DNA of 61,921 bases, counting the filler, from Choristocarpus tenellus KU-1152 (Eukaryota > Protista > Phaeophyceae): the NCBI GenBank assembly GCA_964200185.2. It is 13 parts of 13 records of this genome, joined end to end, with 100 filler letters (N's around TTAATTAATTAA, not from the genome) between each part and the next. Parts side by side here need not be neighbours in the genome. Positions count along the whole stretch, not along the records: positions 1 to 6,245 come from CAXNAD020008584.1; positions 6,346 to 13,650 come from CAXNAD020006369.1; positions 13,751 to 17,709 come from CAXNAD020016930.1; 10 more parts are not named here. One strand, 5' to 3'. Of this stretch, positions 1-13,812 are shown piece after piece (positions within the stretch are counted from its first letter, which is position 1; each line of letters starts with the position of its first letter). The notes beneath the pieces were generated by a model. That model did no database searches. It worked only from the letters and a program-made list of their open reading frames with translations, and was not told the DNA's origin. A program made the translations under genes and the position numbers.

Positions 1-368
1 CGTTTTCGCAAAACAACCATCCTCGTAGTCCCGCTCCATCCTCAATTTTGAGAATCCACTGTTACATCTTGATTGACCTCACTGGCCCCAAGAAGGTCCA
101 ATCTCTCGGTGGAGCCAGCTCGCCCTGGTAATTGCCAATCATGCCATGCATTTCATCTGGATCTACTTGCTTCAGAACAAGAGCAATACAGCCGAGGCGC
201 TTGGGTGATGGTACAAGACTGAAGTAATCACCAGTGGGCGGTGCATTCGATATGTTCGACATGATCCTGGGGGTAAGTGGCAGAGTGAGGAGTTCCAGAC
301 TTTGGTGGTGGAAATGGGGGTGCAGTGCAGGAAATGACAAAGATAGGGGAACCACAGTATAACATAGT

Positions 369-882
369 GGCCAAAGTATCTTAGAGGGTACGAGTTTTGT
401 CCTGTTTGTCCGTTTGGGGCTTGGCTTCACACAGTTTTTTTCTGACATTGTACCTACTCTGAACTGTTCGGAGTAGGTAAAATGTTTATGTTATGAAAAG
501 GTGTGTACGGAACAAGTATATTGACACTTCCTAACAAACACGTTAGCTAAAATTATATCAAAGAGCGAAAATACCTTAGAGGTTAGAGCTGCGTTCATTT
601 GGAGGCTAAAATCCAATGTTGCCATTTTGATGTAATTTTGGCTATCGTGCTTGTTAGAAAGTGTCAATATCCTTGTTCCTGACGCACCTTTTCATAAAGT
701 ACACATTTTACCTACTCTGAAATATTTCGGAGGAGGAACATGTCATAAAAACCCCGAGGGAAGCCAAGCCCCAAATAAACAAACAGGCAAAACTCGTACC
801 CTCTAAGATACTTTCACTCAAAATCGCAACATTGGATTTTAGCCCCCAAATGGACACGGCTCTACCCTATTAGACAATTTGA
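369..882 (-). mobile_element. MITE (family 1) copy in reverse orientation, interrupted by a second copy
   Basis: 369-562 and 820-882 join into one reverse copy (...aaattatatcaaa | aaaatcgcaacattgg...), matching the intact reverse copy at 18017-18283. Confidence 0.85.
563..819 (+). mobile_element. MITE (family 1) nested inside another copy
   Basis: GAGCGAAAATACCTTAGAGG ... TACCCTCTAAGATACTTTCACTC termini, flanked by aaa/aaa. Confidence 0.9.
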
Positions 883-899
883 TGTTTTATATCGCATTG

Positions 900-1900
900 C
901 TCAAGTTGACAGCAGCGCCAGGACCAGCATTTACTCTGTGGGATTGGGTGAGAAATGTAGTTGTGAGGAGAGGCGTACAACCATTCAGCATTCATCCTCA
1001 ACATAAACACTTCTGCTGCTAATCAGGATATATCACCTTATCATGCACATTATGGTGAAGTTGGGTCACTGATGGGCATACCAGCTTTTGGCACCCCTTG
1101 ATATTACAAATCCAGTCCGGAACACAAACTTGGGAGTCATGGATGACATTGCATCATGCTCAGGATGTCAGATACCCAACCCCGAGGCACTTTCCGCATC
1201 CTGGACTTTACAATTTTCAAGTAATCCAGCCGAGCGGATGTTCATTGACACCCCACCAAGAACGTTACCGAGGTTGTGACAATGGCATGACCAGAGGGTA
1301 AATTAGTTGGATCAAACGAGCTGCTAGCAGGGTGGGCTGAGTCCATCAATGCACTCCTAAATGGAAGTATGGGTATTGGAGGGCATAATCGGGAAGTGTT
1401 CTGGGATGAATGTAGAGTGTTGTCGAAGATTGTGGTGTGTCATGGATGGAGGTAAGGCGTTTGGGAGGAATGGTGCGAGAGTTGGTTCAAGGAAATTGGG
1501 CGTATTATTGGTGATTGGATACCATTGATGGAAATTGACCGCACTGGCTAGTCATGAGATACCAGTGACGGAAATTGAACGCATTATTGGTTGATGGCTG
1601 GATTATTTTGCTAGTGACGGAAATTGATTGCAAAGATTGTCACTGTATACCAATATCAGAAAATGGGCGCATTGGTTGATGAGTGAATACTGGTGTCAAA
1701 AATTGGATGCAGCGATTGATGACTGGATTGTTTTGTGGTTGGGAATCAATAACGGAAATTGGCAGCACTGGATAGTGAGTGGGTAAGCACAAATGAACCA
1801 AGAGTAGATGTGGAAAGGGATTGAGTGGTGCAACATTGTTTGAGGAGTGGATTTGATATTAGCCAAAGAAGAGGTAATCAATATAATGTAGAAGTATCAA
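900..1900 (-). mobile_element. Possible decayed LINE remnant (start of an APE-type endonuclease plus upstream low-complexity region)
   Basis: Minus strand near 1270-1150 reads 'GGVSMNIRSAGLL...', resembling the S/T-x-N-I-R start of LINE endonucleases. Many stops. Confidence 0.3.
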
Positions 1901-2492
1901 TAGTTGAGAGAGGGTAGAACCACCAGTAACTACTGTAGTGAATTATGGAGTACATTATTGTTGACATTTTGGAGATCAGATTTTGTCATTGTAGGAAAAA
2001 GAAGAAACGCGAAGTAAAGTAACTCCAAATAGAACAGGAATAGAGTGTTTAGGGGGGAAAAGGCCAAACTATTGGGAGTAGTAGTAGGATTAGTAGCGGT
2101 ATTACCTGTTGTTAGTTGTAATGATAATGGGATCGTCCCGACCATGTCCCAGGAAAATCACCGTAGTAAGTAGAAGACAATATGGTAGTTACCCCTGTAA
2201 TCAATGGACTTGATCATAAAATATACTTGGGGAGTATATATTACACTACTTCAGTGTATGTTTTGATATAGTAATAATGATATGTATTGTACATATTTAC
2301 CATCCCCTCAACGAAAAACTTAAATCACCCTGACGGCAAATATTCACAGGGTTCATGCTGGACGCATGACCATGATGCTGTTTCTTGTTCGCTGGTCTTA
2401 CTTGGTACCCCCCCTCGTCCTTACGTACGTCTACCCATTACCTATTCATAACCACCTCTTCTGATCTTGGTTGTAATATCCTGTCTGTATAG

Positions 2493-5330
2493 ATTCCCAC
2501 GTGATGGTTGGAATAATGAAACGGCAAGATTTTTTGGAAGGAGACAAAGTGGTCACACCCACCACGAATGATTCGACGGCACTGGAGAGATTTTCTATTC
2601 CCATAGTTTTGGAACCAATGTTTGATGACCAGGGAGAATTGGTGCTAGACTTCTCTGCTCTATGCCGTGTCGCATTGCTTGGGAGGGGAAAGTCAAGCTG
2701 CGAAGTAATGTTGTGTCGCGAGGGCGATACAGAATACACCAACGAGAGATCCTTCCACTTACATGCAGTGAAAGTCCTTCCAAGGGCGCAATTGAAGTCC
2801 AGGGATCAAGTGACTAGGGTTTTCCGGGAGAGGGACTGCCTTCGAAACCTGAGAGGGGTCAGTGGGGCTCAAATTTCGGACGAAGCCCCAGCTCAGCTTC
2901 TGAGACGGGTTGACATCTTCCTCGAAATCCACGTATGATAGTACTGTGGTACTACAAGTGTTTGTTAGGTCCATGTGACGCCTGTATTGATCCGCCCCAA
3001 GAGAGTCAAAATTACTTGCTATCACTTTTTTTTTCATCGGCAGCACCCGGGCGTCATTAGCCTCAGAAGCACAGGGAAGGACGCTCATAACCTGTACATT
3101 GTCCTGGAGCCTGCGTTGGGAGGGAGTCTGGATAAGCATATTAGGGGAGGAGGTGACGGTCACTTGGAGGTGATCCACAGAAACTTTTTCGTGTTCTAAT
3201 AACCACCATTCCTGCATTTAGACGTTCTATGTTACCCTCAACCCTCCCTATCAAATGAGTTAGGTGGTGCGAACGTTTCCCCTTGGGCCTCTCGTATCCA
3301 ACCCTTCGCCACTGCAAAATGATAGTAGTGTCACCTTACAAACAACAGATCAGTACGACAAGGTGTTATTCTGCTGAATTAGCAGCTGCACTCAGACACA
3401 TTCACTCTCAGGGGTACATGCACCGAGATCTCAAGGCCAGCAACGTTGTCCTCAGTGCCAATGGCCATGCCAAGTTGGTAGACTTCGGGTGTGCAAAGCA
3501 ACTGCCGCCCATAGTAGAAGGGGGTATAATTTGGGCAAGGTCGTTCACCTACTGTGGAACCCTCCACTGTATGGCACCCGAGATGATGAAAAAGGAAGGA
3601 CACACTCCGGCCGTGGACTGGTGGTAGGTTTGTAGCTCACGCAAGAATATGTGATAATCAAATTGGAGTATATTTGCTCTCCCTTGATTCTCAAGCTGTT
3701 CTTCCTCTTTAGCAATTGCTTATACAAAGTCCTAACCTTTCTGGGCTATCAAACTAACCACAACATTGAACCAAACAGAATGAGAGGCACCCAGGTTTTG
3801 GCTGTTTTGCATTTTAAGCCCGTTTTGTATGGCGATTCACCTATACCTCTATGGATGAACCTCCAAGTTTGACTTGAGAGCGTTGATTTCTCTATTGCTT
3901 GAAACTTACAGAATTCAGAAGAGTTCCAATACGGATTTGTAGAAAAAAACAAAAAATTGTACTTGTTTGTCAGCATCCTTAAAATGCAACTCTAGGTACC
4001 TCTTGTTTGCTTTGGCTCATTAGTCAATTTTAGAACAAAACACTGAAAAAGTACAGTCTCTACACTTTACATATTTCGCACAGCAACCCTTGCTCTCTTT
4101 CTGTCCTCAAATGTCACCAAATGGAAAGGGCCTTGGGTATACTAACCTACGAGATGCTAGTAGGAGAGCCTCCATTTGGCTACTTTGGGGATGACTTGCC
4201 TAGCCAAGTGGTAGAAGGCCTTAGTAATGAGGGTGATATATTCGTCTCACTGACAAGGAATGTGGGTCAAGAGGATGGAACATCTGCAGTCCAATTCATT
4301 AGGTAAGTAGATTGGTTCTGACACAATTAGGAGTGAGGTGCCAAGTCTCTTCAACACAATAGTGGTGGTGTATCCATTATGAGGATCTCAGAATATCTGT
4401 GGAACCATGAGTAGTAGCAACACTCAAGAAGTTCTATACACAGCCTGTGCCAGTGGATGCCTCAATCTGATGAACTCCCGTCTATTGTTGCAGTGTAATG
4501 AGCTTCAATGTGCATTGTGGGGGTTCAAGAGCATATTATGCAGGAACTAGTCACAATAGAGCACGTAAAATTAAACACAAGTTGAGACTCCCTTTTAGTT
4601 AACATAGCTTGTTGAACTTCTCTCCTTTGTGGGCAAACCTCTTCTAGTCCTACTGTACATAATATTTTAGGTTGTTGGTGAGTTGAATGATATGCAACAA
4701 GAAGTATCCTAGAAGTTTCCTGAGAGAATAGCTTGCATGCTATACATGAACCCAAGGGGTGGAATTTCTATGCTCTTCTTTGAGTCAAAGTATCTTAGAG
4801 GGTAGGGCCACGTCTATTCGGGGGCCGAAATCCAATGTTGCGATTTCCATGTAGTATTATCCGTCGTATTTGTTAGGAAGTGTCAGTATCCTTGTTCCGG
4901 ACACCCCATTTCATAACATACACATATTACCTACTCCGAAACATTTCGGAGTAGGAAAAATATCACAAAAACCCCATGGGAAGCCAAGCCCCAAATGGAC
5001 AAACAGGGCAAAACTCGTACCCTCTAAGATACTTTCACTCCTTTCATAAATCTCATGGGGTCATTGTGTCAAACATCTGTTATTCCCTTGCCAAGCTGAT
5101 TTTCCTCCTGGCCTCTCACACTGTCTTGAAGTATTTCCCTACATGCAACCTACTTTCCTCTATGAGCAAGACACTTGCTGGAAACTCAACCAGAAAGGCG
5201 TCTGGGTTGGGGTGGAGCTGGGGAAGTCATGCAGCACCTGTGGTTTGAAGGGGTGGACTGGCAAGCTGTTGATGGGGTGGGTCCAGGAAGACTGATGTCT
5301 ATTAAAGATATCATCCATTCTTCCCAGAAA
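2493..5330 (+). CDS. AGC-family (PKA/PKG-like) Ser/Thr protein kinase. Exons 2493-2857, 3044-3169, 3349-3623, 4129-4302, 5171-5330; possible extra exon ~2350-2404; ends not resolved
   Basis: Phase-compatible GT-AG exons give LGRGKS, HAVKVL, HRDLKASN, DFG, TYCGTLHCMAPE, DWWALG and ERRLG...HLWFEGVDW. Confidence 0.92.
4782..5040 (+). mobile_element. MITE (family 1), intact, in kinase intron
   Basis: 23-bp TIR GAGTCAAAGTATCTTAGAGGGTA / TACCCTCTAAGATACTTTCACTC, with a 4-bp flank duplication cttt. Confidence 0.95.
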
Positions 5331-5564
5331 GTATGTTCTTACAACAAGTTTTTGTTGACCCATGTGGAAGCAATCCTCACTATTAATGAACCACCTCCTC
5401 TTCAAGCTTGCTGCTACTTTCTTGGGAATGGCTTTGTTCTGATTGCTCCCAACAATAGGGATATTTGAAACTGTTTAACGCTCTTCATACATCATATTGC
5501 CTACCCCAAGAGTGACAACCTCTGACACAATTTCAGGAGTTCCTGAAGTATGTACAATATACGT

Positions 5565-5824
5565 GAGCCAATGTATCTTAGAGGGTAGAGCCGCGTCCAT
5601 TTGAGGACCAAAATTCAATTTTACGATTTTGATGTAATTTTGGCTGTCGTGTTTGTTAGGAAGTGTCAATATCTTTGTTTCGGACACATTTTTTCATAAC
5701 ATTTCCATTTTACCTACTCCCATATATTTTGGAGTAGGGAAATGTCATATAAAAATCCCGAGGGAAGCCAAGCCCCAAATGGACAAGCAGGGCAAAACTC
5801 GTACCCTCTAAGATAATTTCACTC
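5565..5824 (+). mobile_element. MITE (family 1)
   Basis: Same TIRs and internal sequence; flanks cgt/tgt. Confidence 0.92.
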
Positions 5825-6345
5825 TGTGTAATACTACAAATCTGCATGCACAGAAACATTACCATACGGAAGAAGATGACACTCCAGTTTTACTCCTGAC
5901 ACAACAGAAAATGATTGTAATTTTGTAAAAAAAACAACCCTGCTCTTCATCCCCAGAATGTAAATCTTGTTGATGAGATAGCACAGTGATCCAGGAGACA
6001 TTCTATTGACGTCTCCAACAGCTTTTGACTCCAACCTTGGAAGTGTGTGGGATCTCCAACACTAATCGGAAAAGTGATCATAAATAGTATTGCATTGTGG
6101 ACTGGTGTACACAAGAGTAGCTGTGTGAGTGTGGATGTGGATGTTAATGAGGGTGTACACAAGTCTGCTAGAGTATTGCTTCAACTTCAGTTGTTGTTAG
6201 GACGTTACTTCCAAAAGCATAAGACCCAAAGTATCTGGGAGGGGGNNNNNNNNNNNNNNNNNNNNNNNNNNNNNNNNNNNNNNNNNNNNTTAATTAATTA
6301 ANNNNNNNNNNNNNNNNNNNNNNNNNNNNNNNNNNNNNNNNNNNN

Positions 6346-9300
6346 CCGGTAGTCCCTGCACCACTCTTTCAGGGCTGTTCCCACCAGTGCAGTACTCATC
6401 ACTGTCTTCCATGATCTCTGTTGGCACCCCTGGTGGCAAACGGACACCCCCTGCAACAAGAGTGGCACCAATGCAGCGCAATCGAAACCGCACGGGTCCC
6501 ACAGACGTGATATTTTCAACAAAGAACGACTCAGGATGCTCTGAATGATCCAACGGCCTTCTGACCACCACCACACCTACTTTATCAGTACCAGCAGTAG
6601 CACCACAATTGTCATCATCGCTGAAACCACTACTGCTGTGCTCCGGGACACTGCTTCCACCCCCTCCCCCGGAACCCCCTGGTTGAAGCATGAGTTCGAC
6701 TACACTGCGGGACAGGCGGAAGGTCGGTCCCGGCACAAGTGATCCAATCACTGCAACAGACTCTGTCAAAAGGCCTTTCGAGGCTCTCTTTCCTTCTTGA
6801 TTCCTCACATCATGTCCCCATCCTCTATCTCCACTGCTCCCCCCACTTTTACCACTGGTGCTCCCCACCCTTGGTCCCATCCCACCCTCCACATCCCCTG
6901 GAATCTCAGAGACATGGAGATGCAATGCCCCGATCCATGTCGAATTGGGGGTCATTGACACCGGTCTCTTTCCCACCCCTGATCCAGCACTTGTCTCCCC
7001 AGCTCCACCACTCTCTGGGGAGGAGGATCCCCAGCCATCTCCAGGTTTTGAGGCTAACAGAAGCTCTGATGTAAGACGTGAACTAAAAAGTGTGTTGCAC
7101 TTCACACGTACTACCATCACCTCCCCTGGAAGAAGAAGAGCGTGAGAAACACCGCCCTCTTCCCCTCCCCTTCCCCCCCCCACTCTTAGATCACCCCGGC
7201 CCCTTCCCCCCTCGCCTGCCCCAGGTCGCGACACTACAAATCCCGGTTGTTGTTCACTGCCGCTCGTTTCCTCTGGGAAAAGGGAGGCTGCAAGGGAGAG
7301 CACCCCCTCAGTCGATGGTGCAGGCGAGACGGTCAAACACACAGACACAGCACCTGTTGCCTGAGTGTTCTTGATTGAGAATGAAGACTTACATTGTCCA
7401 GCACTCCCTGGTAATGGTGGGACCACCAGTGATGGTAACCTCACGCAGCCAGCAGCTGCCATCGTGGAGGCACCATTCTCGATGCCCTCCTCCAGTTTGC
7501 TTTCATTCACACACAAGGCATCACTGATGCCCTCAGTATAGACACCAGTGACCGTGGCACCTAGGGAGACTGCGGATTTACTCTCTGGCACTTGCAACAT
7601 CTCTCCTAGGTTGGAAGATGACCCATGGAGTGTGTTGATATCAGGTGATACAGATGAGAGTAGTGCCAGTGGAGCAGGGGGCGGCAGACCAAGCAGGGAG
7701 ATCAATTGGGTCACCACATGCACACGGACATCAACAGCAATAGGAAGAGCAGACGGATCAGCCAGGTTGGTCACCCCGAAACCAAATGACTGGTCCCCTG
7801 CCCAACTCTGGACTCTCCATGGAAGCTGCAGTCGGAAAGCCATGACTGCTACACCCCATGGTGGGATCCATACAACTCTCGCACCTCCTTCACCTTGCCT
7901 CTTTTGACCCCCCAACAATACAGCGTGTTTTGGAGTAGTCCTATCAACATTGCTATTGGCCTCCTGGGTAATCACCCCTCTGCTCCCACCCTGCTGAATA
8001 TTAGCACCCCCTTGCCGTTGCTGGTCCCTGTGGTCCACAGATCCCATTGGACTATGATGGGATATAGTACTACTACCCTTCAAAGTCGACTCCAGAGCTG
8101 GCTCAGGAAGCAGCTCCAACTCCTTAGGCAGGCCCTTCAGTCCCACCGGGACCCACATACTGCACAAATTTTCCACCTTGACCTCAAACAACTGATGTGC
8201 GTGCTTTGAGGCAGTATGTCCCACCTTTCCCAGGTCTACAACCGTAGGTCCAGCTACACTAATAGTGGGGTGGCAGTACTCCCCACTAACTTTCACCATT
8301 TTCACGAGCTGATACCCTGACCCATTCCCTGTCCCTGCCCCTTCCTTTGTATTCTTTGTCCAATTCCCTGGAGCACCACAGTGACAGAAATCCAAAAACG
8401 GTGGGGGGGACAGCGACCCATTGCCTCCCTGCCCTTCCTCATCCTCACCCTTCTCATCCCCTGCCATTATCGCTTCCATTGTCACATCTCCACCCTGCCT
8501 GCTAGTAGCGACATCTTTGTCTGCTCCTTGCCCTGCTTTCCATGCAGCCACCCCTGCCCTGTGACGTGCAAATGCGACGATTCCATCAAATGGTATGGCT
8601 TCTCCTCGAGTGACATCTTTAGACAGTAGGGGAGCTGTGAATGCCCCGGGCTGAATGGCTACCCTAAACCTGGTTGATCCTCCAGGAGGCAGCTTTAGCA
8701 TGGGCCCACACCGCTTCAGAATGCATTCCAAGCCGCTTCTGGAATCATCTCTCACACTTCTCCCTTCTTCACCTTGATGAATTGCTTGCCTTGTAGCTTC
8801 TCCACCAATATGGCCAAACAATCTGTCGCTGGCACCACATACAACGCCTCTACTGCCGACTGTTAGTGACATGAGCGAAGGGTGATTGCTTGCTGCAACA
8901 AGCAGGGGCAGGTTAGAATATGGGACAAGAACCACAGCCTCCTCTAAAGTATTGGTCAACAACAATCCCACCACCTCCCTCCCTGCCTTCTGTGCACCTT
9001 CCACACCACTAACATCCTCATTGGTGCTGCTAACAGGCCGTCCTTCTCCCCTCTCAACTCCCCCTTCCACCTCTTCCCCAACTTCTATAGCTGCAGAGGC
9101 AGCAGCTGTGGATAAGACTTGTGGTTGGGATCCCAAGGGCGATACATTCCTCACCTTATCCTTCCTCTTGCCATGCCCTTGTCCCTCTGCCGATCCTCTC
9201 GCTTCCCCCACCCCCTCCCAAATTGGAAAATCTCCTGCCTCTTCCAACTCCTTTTGAGTACCATTCACAGAAAGGTTCAAGGGAGGCAGCAGTGAAACTG

Positions 9301-12300
9301 CTGGTGGTGCCAGGATACGGAACCTCCGTAAGGCTGTTGGTGGTTGAGGAGACGATGAAAACTCTCTCACCCCGTCTCCGCCACAGCTCCTTCCACTGTC
9401 TCCATCTCCCCAAATATTTGCAAGGTCAGTGTCTCCTACAGCTGGTGCGCTCGTCGACAAATGTGCTGTTGAGATGGCTACATGCCACGAGAAGGACACA
9501 GCCTCTAGGCCAGGCAATGGATCGCCGTCCTCTCTGAACAATACTCCGGCAGAGTTAGCTGTGGTGGCAGGATCTATGTTGATGCCATGTTTCATACCAC
9601 CTCCTCCCCCAGGTGTAGACAAGTCTGGAGAGGGAGAACAAAGTTTAGTGGCATTCAGCCTCGGCAGTGCTTCCCTCCTCTCCTCCTCATCACTGATTCC
9701 TTTGTGCAGAACAACTTCACCATCATCAGAAAACACCTAGTTTTACCAGAGAGTGAGAGGTTATCATTGCCGGTAGGTTGCACCAAGGGTTGAACTTTAA
9801 GAGGTTAGAGTTGAGTGTGGAGAGGGGGGGGAGAGAATGGTGGTGTGGAGTTGGGGTGCAGTTGCTCATTATCTTGAAGGTCATCACATGTCGAGCAGTT
9901 GCTTCCAGAGCCTCTTGGACCCGTATATTTTGTCCCATAAACACAAAAAATAATCTTAACTCTCACCAAAGGGGTTTGGGGAAGGAGATGAGATTTATAT
10001 ATATATAAATTTATGTACAACATCTGTTGAAAGGTTTATCCGTACGCTATTGTACAAATTTAATTGCATCTGTTTTGAGCACAGAGTCAAGGCGCGAGGT
10101 TGGCCCTCCCACAGGGATAAACATCTTCACATCGCCATCAACCGCAGCCTAATACTCAAATTAGGCTCTTCAAAGCGAGATGTGTGCCATAGTACCTCGG
10201 AATGGATAAAGCACTTCTCCTCGGTAAGGAACCCCTGCCCTGACCCCCCTCCACCTCCACCTCCACCTGCAAACCTCACTCTCACCTGCACAATATGCTC
10301 CAATGGCAATGCCATATCACGCTCAGGCGTGCTGAGGTTCTCCACACGAATAGCCTGCCTAAAGACCCCACGAAAAGCATGCAGCAAGATGCAAAATCGG
10401 ATACAAATGCTCCCTGAGGGCGCAAGGGTTCCCCCTTCCTCTCCAAGGATCACGAGCTCTACCCCCCCCATCGGCAGGCTTTCAAGTCTTTTCATTGCGG
10501 TTGCGATGCCCCGGTGACACAATTGCCCTGACACAAGTCGGTACTCTAAGGGGAGCGACTTGGTTGCATTCTCCAGCTCTAGCGAGCCAAAGATGGTTCG
10601 TCTAATCCTCCCACTGTTGCCCTTAGTGCCCCCCACACTCATATCCCCTCCTACCTCCTCCCCTTCCTTACCCCATGCCCCAGGCCCTTGGGCAGCCTGC
10701 CTGACTCCAGAAACATGGAGAGAACTACCACCACACTGCCCCTGACTTCGATTACTGGGGGTGGGAGTGGGCGCAGGGAGGAGAAGAGAGAATCGACTCT
10801 CCAAGGGATGAACCCTGAGGATGCTGACACCCACAGTGCCAACAAACTTGACTGTAAGTTCAAACAACTTTTCTGGTACCATGCGCGACACCAAGGTTTC
10901 CACATCAACGGCGCCGTACTCACGACCTCCACCTTCACCACTACCTCTACCCCCAACCCCGCCATCAATTCCGCTGGTTCTTGTAGCCATCATCGTCGCT
11001 GTGGTGGCCACTCCGAGAGGCCCGGTTGCTGACACTGTGGTCCCAGCCTCACCCTTATGTCCCAGTCCATTATTGCCCCCATCGCCAGCTTTCGTAGCCT
11101 GCTTCTCATCCTCTTTCCTTCTTATGTCCTTGAGTGACTTATTGTGACCAAGAACTCGTACTCCACCCACCAGTTCCCGGCATTCCCTGAGACATTTCAG
11201 GTAGGTTGATTGATGCGTGGTGGTGTGGAGGTGAGGGGTAGGGCGTGAGGATGGAAGGCGTAGGGTATGGGAAGAAGGCAACATGCCCGAAAAGATAAAG
11301 GGGTTTTGTATATTCACGCATGAATGTGTTGTACACTTCTCTCACCAAGGCCTGTCAAAAGATCCCCTAGTTTTTATTATGTTATAACCAGAGCAATGAC
11401 AATGCTGGAACGGGATATACTATCGATGAACAAGTACAAAAGACCCATAATTGAGATGAATAAATGGAAAGAACTGTCATCATCTCAGCATCAACAACGC
11501 CTGAGCGGATGGACCACCTTCCCACCCCCATCCATGCAAGGTGAAAGAGAGTAACACTCACATGTCAGTAAAGCCACATTAGCATTTACGCAACCACCAA
11601 TAGATCGATAGATACAAATGTTGCAGTAGCGAGGGATGCATCCATCCACTAATATGTACGTTGAGAGGCCCTCTCACACGCCTTACACGATCTTAAATCC
11701 GCTGCCAACAAAATGGAGAGGATTTTTTACTTGCTACAACATGCATCGCTTTCAAGCAGTTGAACAGAAAAAGAAGAAGAGAGGCCGCGGATACCTACTC
11801 CAGTAAAAAAGAAAAAAAAAACAGTAATTGAATCGAAACATCCGACCACTGCGATCATCTCTTTACCCAGTCACATAAGCCTCGTTCGGCACGTGCGGTC
11901 GAAGCCCGATGAACAGGGTCATCTCCTCCCCGGGATTGAGAGGAAGATCCACAGCCTGCCTCCGCTGCTGCCGAGCCACCTGCGCCATCACTGGCACCCC
12001 AGTCAACAAACTCCCTACACTATTGAGCTTGCCAGAGCCTACAACACCACTTACAGCAGAGGCCTCCGTGGCGGTTGCATTGTCAGCATTTCCTCTGCAA
12101 GTCCCACTTGCCCTTCCCCTTACCAACGACACTAATAGTCCACCAGAAACAACTCCAGGGGGAGAAAATGAGGCAGAACCAGTCACAACCGTTTGCTCAT
12201 TAGCTGTGGGGCAGGTAGCATCAGAGGTCTGCAATGGAACCAACTTCACTTGTGCTCCTGATTCCCCCGCTGCGATTGCTGCCACCTTTGCTGAAGGCAT

Positions 12301-13650
12301 TGACTCAGCTGGTGACTGTTCCTCATTAGCCAGGGCAAAGACAAAGCACTGCTTGCGTAGATTGGGGATACATGTCAGGTAGAGATTCTCACTGCTCACA
12401 TTCCGAACACGCAAAGGCCTCACCACCTCTGGCTCCTCCCCCCAGCCCCGGCTACTGCCCAGGAGCAGTCCCTGACCCCAGCCTTTGCCCTTGTCCCTCC
12501 CCCGGCTCTGGAGTTGGATTTGGTCCACATGGTCTGGCATGTAGCAATACCCAAATTGTAGTTTTTGTAATTTGCCCTTCTTGTCTGGATCGAGATCAGG
12601 AAAGTGTATGTACATAAGGGGCTTTACCGTGGCGAAGATTGTGACTGTGGCCTGGTGGCACAGTGCAATGTACAATAACATAAAAATAAAAAGTTGGAGG
12701 GGTCAGTTGCTCTTGTTCAAGCACTCGCTGCAAAAAAAAGTGGGGGTGGAGTTGTTGTTAGCAGCAGACCTTTTCAACTGGTGAAGGCAAAGGCTAATCA
12801 ATAAATACACACTAACCGGAGTAGTTCGAAGCATGACTTGTGCAACCCATGTCTCTGTGTTCGTGTTTGGTTAGTGGAATATGTTTGGCTTACAACACAG
12901 GAAGAGTATCTATATAAATATTAATTAGATTGTGTAGCAAAACATATCCCTTACAATAATACAAGAGGAGGAAATGGTCATTGGATTGCATTATGACTGG
13001 GTATTGCAGGGCGAGGGTCAGCGGTCTATCCATTTCAGGCACAATCATGGTGCAATTCCCATGGGCACAACCATTACAGATGCAATTGGAGTTCCAACAC
13101 TTGTTACAGGAGTCGATGAGACTTGTCATTCCCCCTAGACACAAATAGCCAAGACCCACATCATCGCAAAAAAAACAGTCTGGAACACGTGTGAAGCACT
13201 GGCATTATCATGGTGTCACTACAGCCTCTTTACCCCTACTTCACACCTTTGATGGATAAATTACAACATTACAACAGCTAGAACCATTCCTGGGACACCA
13301 AGAGAGGACCACGGGATCATTTCATACCTCTCACGACACCCATAGACAAAAAAATTACCCTTATGTCTCCAATCCCTGCCCCTGACAAACTGCAATCCCA
13401 CTTCAATAAATAAAAGACTCCTTGGGACTGCTAAAAGTACTGCTATCAACACACTCTGGTGACATCATATATATATATATATATATATCCTCACACAGTA
13501 CATACAGTTAAAGGTATGATGCCATGCAAATGAAGACAGTCAATACCAAGATCTCATCCCCCCCCCCCTTCCTCCCCTCCCCCCAACCTTTCCTTCCTCT
13601 AACCCACACTGATATGCACCTGGTCATGCTTGTTGTTCAGGTTCCGTACT
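6346..13650 (-). CDS. Very large uncharacterised protein, partial at both ends. Exons 13650-13619, 12651-11867, 11186-10286 and 9736-6346. Repeated beta-rich Ig/PapD(ASH)-like segments separated by Gly/Ser-rich linkers
   Basis: Phase-compatible junctions give ...NNKHDQ|ATVTIF..., ...AYVTG|ECRELV... and ...EHIVQ|VFSDDG.... Recurrent motifs include LQFGYCY, RPLRVRN, VDLGKVG, FEVKVEN, FSIKN and FFVEN. Confidence 0.8.
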
Positions 13651-13812
13651 NNNNNNNNNNNNNNNNNNNNNNNNNNNNNNNNNNNNNNNNNNNNTTAATT
13701 AATTAANNNNNNNNNNNNNNNNNNNNNNNNNNNNNNNNNNNNNNNNNNNNGTTAGACACTTTACCTGCATGACAGATCATGCCGCATTGTGTTACTTGTA
13801 TAGAATGTAGGA

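Noticed and set aside
62-448. 128-aa ORF as a complete gene
   Set aside because: Its N-terminus is MITE sequence. The remainder may be an exon, but it has no identifiable motif.
6246-6345. Recurring TTAATTAATTAA palindrome as a biological motif, and gene neighbourhoods across it
   Set aside because: It is an artificial stop linker between contigs, so adjacency across it is meaningless.
6545-12617. Numerous plus-strand ORFs of 65-157 aa
   Set aside because: They are antisense shadows of the GC-rich minus-strand exons.
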